Assembly: GCA_002269645.1 (NCBI GenBank)
Contig: NIVC01000709.1
Location: 62,001 to 126,000, forward strand
Direction: 5' to 3'
Source: Macrostomum lignano
Taxonomy: Eukaryota
DNA: 64,000 nt
This document shows positions 59,841 to 64,000 of the stretch, one piece after another. A program made the translations under genes and the position numbers. The stretch's first letter is position 1. The number at the start of each line of letters is the position of its first letter. The notes beneath the pieces were generated by a model. The model saw nothing but the letters and a program-made list of their open reading frames with translations. It made no database searches and was not told where the DNA came from.

Positions 59841-59856
59841 AAGTTTCAAAGAATCC

Positions 59857-59927
<71 letters not shown>

Positions 59928-59976
59928 AGGTCACGGCGTGTTTAAAAAAATCAAAAGACTTAATTAATTTAATATG

Positions 59977-60014
59977 GGCTACCGGTTTCGAGCCTCTGGG
60001 CTCTTCGTCAGGCC
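59977..60014 (-). ncRNA. Minimal type I hammerhead ribozyme
   Basis: Minus strand ggc-CUGACGA-a-GAGCC-caga-GGCUC-GAAA-CCG-GUA|gcc: core, 5-bp stem II, palindromic ACCGGU stem III, GUA cleavage triplet and 3-bp stem I. Confidence 0.85.
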
Positions 60015-60392
60015 AAAAAATCTGTGTCATGCAGTTCAAGTTGGTCTTTTAAGTATTATTTTTCTTAGTCTGATAGAATTGATGAGTAGTTGTACATACC
60101 GTATGAGGGATGTACATTTAAAACCCTGTTTTGCCTAGCTCTAACTTGTCCCAGAGGCCTTCCACCATTAATTTTAAACGACAGTATATTTGTTATAAAA
60201 AAATTGTTATTTCGAAGTACTATACGATATGCGATACTATACGATTAGATGAAATGCCGGTATTGGGGGTAGGAGCATAAAAATCAATATTGAGCGTACA
60301 ATTAAGCAGTTTGAATAAAATAAAATAAAATAAATGACACGTGAATAAATATTGTACTTCAATAGGGTAAAATAGCGCATTGGTTAAAATGA

Positions 60393-61550
60393 TTAAATGT
60401 TTCCTGGCTGAGACTTGAACTTATTGGGAGCCAGGAGGCTCTGTAAGTTACGTTGCCGTGTAAAAGCGGGCAGAATGCGGGAGCCTGGTTTATTTTGTAG
60501 CTTCTCAAAGTTTTTAGCAATCTCGTTGGCAAGCCAGACCGTAGATGGGTGAAAAGGAAGGACCATTGGGATGGGTCGGAGAAGATGATTGTCAACCCTG
60601 ATGTTCGTGCCTGGCGGTTTGTCAGTCCCTAGTTTTTTAATCCAGATTTCTTCCCTTAGTTCGATTTTGTTGTTATTAGGAACATGTTCGATAGCAATGG
60701 AGACAAAGTTTGCAATCGAGTGACTGGGGGTGAGAAAGTGCTCAGACCCCGAAGTCACGACCCTCCTGTTAATATTTGACCTGTGCTGGTTCATTCTATC
60801 TCTCATTGTTCTTCTAGTCATACCTACATAGAGGATTTTCCCAGGGTGGCACTGGTTGCAGGAGATGCCATATATGATGTTCATGGAGCCACAGGACAGG
60901 CTCTGAGAGATTAAAAAACCAGAAGCCGGTTTCAGTCCCTGGGCGGAGAGAGCAGGCGGTGAGTGGGTGCAGCATTTGCAGCGGGATGACCCACAGGGAT
61001 GGAACCCTTTGGGAAGCAGACCCAGATTGGTCGTTGGTCCTGCAGTCCAGTTCATAAGTATGAGGACATCCTTTTTGCAGTTTCTAAGAAAAATCTTCGA
61101 GTAGCCTAATTGCTTGAGTTCCGATTTTAAAGAATTGAAAGCATCGTTGAAAGACTTGTAGTCATCACAGATACGAGCGTACCGAAGGATTTGGGATTTT
61201 ACTACCCCCTTGAAGGTGTGTGACGGATGGAAGGACTGTCGGTGCAACAATCTATGAGTGTCTGTTTCTTTTGAAAACAGTTGTGTTGTGAAGCGGTTTT
61301 CAGCTTTCCTGATGGTCATGTCAAGGAAACTGACCTCAGTTGATGAGGAGCTGACGGTGAGTTTGATGTTGGGGTTGATTGAATTTAGGTGTACAACAAA
61401 TTCTGTCAGAGTTTCAGCCGGGTGGTCCCAGTGAATGAAGATATCATCTATGTACCTAAAATAGATGTTCGGCTTATAAAGAGCAGTTCTCAGGGCAGTT
61501 TCCTCCCAGAGGCTCATGAAGAGACAGGCATAGCTGGGCGCAACTTTCAA
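60393..61550 (-). CDS. PLE reverse transcriptase (C-terminal part) plus GIY-YIG endonuclease
   Basis: APSYACLFM, YFRYIDDIF, FLDMTI, HPSHTFKGVVKSQILRYARIC, Cys linker CGSSRCKCC and NIIYGISC...LYVGMT...RMNQHR. Confidence 0.93.
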   Translation of the reverse strand: MKVAPSYACLFMSLWEETALRTALYKPNIYFRYIDDIFIHWDHPAETLTEFVVHLNSINPNIKLTVSSSSTEVSFLDMTIRKAENRFTTQLFSKETDTHRLLHRQSFHPSHTFKGVVKSQILRYARICDDYKSFNDAFNSLKSELKQLGYSKIFLRNCKKDVLILMNWTAGPTTNLGLLPKGFHPCGSSRCKCCTHSPPALSAQGLKPASGFLISQSLSCGSMNIIYGISCNQCHPGKILYVGMTRRTMRDRMNQHRSNINRRVVTSGSEHFLTPSHSIANFVSIAIEHVPNNNKIELREEIWIKKLGTDKPPGTNIRVDNHLLRPIPMVLPFHPSTVWLANEIAKNFEKLQNKPGSRILPAFTRQRNLQSLLAPNKFKSQPGNI

Positions 61551-61576
61551 AGTTTCGAAGTTTCAAAGAATCCGAG

Positions 61577-61883
<307 letters not shown>

Positions 61884-62194
61884 GAGAGAGATAGAGAAGC
61901 CAAAGTTTGTCAACACTTGCTTTAGACATGTTTAAAAAGACTTAATCTGTGTGGCACCCCAGTTGACGAGATCAATGCTTGCCTTAGCTCGTAAATCTTA
62001 ATTTAACACAAACTTACTCAATTTTTCAAACGTCTATCCTAACTATTCACAAGTTTTTGTTTGAGATTACTTCAAATATAAGGATGCTTGCAAAAATAGT
62101 TAACCGGGTATTGGAATTCAGCGGGTTCAAAATCCGCGCGGGCATTGACAGCTTGTATAACAAAAGTCTGTTTGTTCTTTATAGCTTTTTCTGT

Positions 62195-62600
62195 AAAATT
62201 TATACAAAACTTTATTTGAAAGGACTACGTAGATTTACTGATTCTGCCTTACATCTGAATTATTATGCTACATTTTTGACATTAATTTAAAAAGTATTGC
62301 ATGCTTATTAGCTAAATACTTCGTGTATTGATCTAGTTACAACTGACAAAAAATTATTGCATAGAGTTCAGCCCTACACTGTATAGATTGAGTAGTTTTT
62401 GTTTTAGTCTGTATTTTACCACTAGATTGCAACACACAACCAATTGTTTTTAGCATGTATTATTAGTACATGTACTAGTGCGCAATCGGAATGAAAGTCC
62501 TCTAAATACAATTTAAGTCATTCTATCAATCTAAAGCGCACCCAAAAACTGTTTCTAATTTTGTGTTTGGGAATTTTCCCAGCTGAGCCAGCTCAGCAAT
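62195..62600 (+). repeat. Old dispersed AT-rich repeat, copy 2 (uninterrupted)
   Basis: Collinear with 33455-34075 plus 34921-35010. Confidence 0.75.
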
Positions 62601-62789
62601 ATGCAGCCAGAATTTTTCCGTTGGTATGACAACGGGGGTAGCGCTTCCTGCCTCTTTGGAGGTGACGCATAAAAATTGTAAGGAGCCCATACCCATGTTG
62701 CAATTATATGTTGCTTGACAAGAATTTTTCTGGTATAGTAAACCAACTGCATGCAGATATGTATTTTCTGCATGTAATTTCTAGTCGCT

Positions 62790-64000
62790 ACACACAATGA
62801 AGGTCACTACAGCGAGAAGTTCCACTCGTGTAGTGCAGTAATTCCGCTCAGCCGTTGACAACGTACGAGACCCGTAGGCGATGACCTTCTCTGATCCGTC
62901 TAGCTGCAGTTGAGAGAGGACGCCTCCAATTCCCACTGACGAACTGCCATCCGTATCTAGTACGAACGACGGAGCATCTGGAGCAAAGTTTGGATATGCC
63001 ATAACTTGGTCGCTTGTCAACGCTTCCTTCATCTGCCGAAACGCCTTGTCTTGAGCAGGGCCCCACTGAAAGCGCGACACAGACCTTGTCAGCTCCGATA
63101 ACTGCTCTGATTTGCGCGAAAAATCCGAAATGAATCGTCGGCAATAACCAACAGTTCCGAGAAACGCTTGAACATCCTTAACGGTACTTGGTGTCTGCCA
63201 CTCATGAATCGCTCGGATTTTACTAGGATCGGTTGCCACGCCGGCCGCCGATACTACATGTATATGGCCCAAAAAACTCAATTCCGCACTGAGCAGCTCA
63301 CATTTTTGGGTTCGGCTTCAACTTAGCCTCCAGCTAAGCCGTCGAAATATCTCGTCAACCTTTCAATGTGCTCTTCCACGGTTTTCTAATATACTAGGAA
63401 ATCATCTAAATACACTAGACAAGTCTTCCACGATAGCGGATGCAGTACCGTCTGCATAATGCGGCTGAACGTAGCAGGCCCATTAGTCACCCGAACGGCA
63501 TCACCAACCATCGGAACTAGCCACTACAAAGGGAACTACGCTCGTACAAAGGCTGTCTTGTCGCGGTCCTCCAGCGCCACTGGCACCTGATGGTAACCTG
63601 ACCGCAAATCTCGGCAACGAAAGAGCATCTTTAACAGTCACTTTGTTGAATCGGCGATAATTCATGCACAACCGTAACGAATTGTCCTTCTTTCTGACGC
63701 ACACAATCGGCGAGCTCCATGGAGACATAGCTTCCTCGATCTTCCCTTGCGTTGGTAGCTAATCCAATTGTTCGTCGACTTCGGCTCGGAGGTGCGGTGG
63801 CACCTTGGTGCATGATTGATCTTGTAGTCCATGTTTCTTTCCATTGTTCACTCATTCGTCACCGTGGTTACTGCCAGATCCGTCGCGAAAACATCGCAGT
63901 TCCGCTGCATCAGCTCTTTGAACTGAGTCACCTGTTCGGTCGACAATCCGCAGTTTCTCCAACTTCTCAGGCTCTTCAGTAGATCGTCTGAGAGCTCACT
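62790..64000 (-). pseudogene. Degenerate Gypsy pol (RT-RNase H) fragment running off the window
   Basis: SPWSSPIVCVRKKDNSLRLC, DLRSGYHQV, CLVYLDD, VQAFLGTVGY and VIAYGSRTLSTAERNYCTT; multiple frameshifts and stops. Confidence 0.92.

Overview
Eukaryotic (metazoan) genomic DNA. GC-rich compact exons, long (AG)n arrays and minisatellite-filled introns suggest a flatworm such as Macrostomum (inference only). Six host genes can be reconstructed with in-phase splice junctions: naked cuticle (nkd), ferroportin (one 1-nt frameshift), GPATCH4, a centrin-like EF-hand gene (minus strand), a POT/SLC15-like transporter disrupted by an intact young Gypsy element, and an AADAC/NCEH1-like lipase. The rest is dominated by mobile DNA: a complete hAT element with TIRs and TSD, a P-like element with 104-bp TIRs, Ginger-like, Harbinger, Polinton pPolB and RNase H LINE remnants, solo-LTR-like segments, a second decayed Gypsy, and a Penelope-like element with a hammerhead ribozyme. 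Two observations stand out. First, the hAT gene reads as a signal peptide plus lamin-tail-like (LTD) module fused upstream of the transposase. Second, the Penelope-like element appears to carry an (AG)n microsatellite inside its terminal repeat. All calls are by manual reading; no database searches were run.
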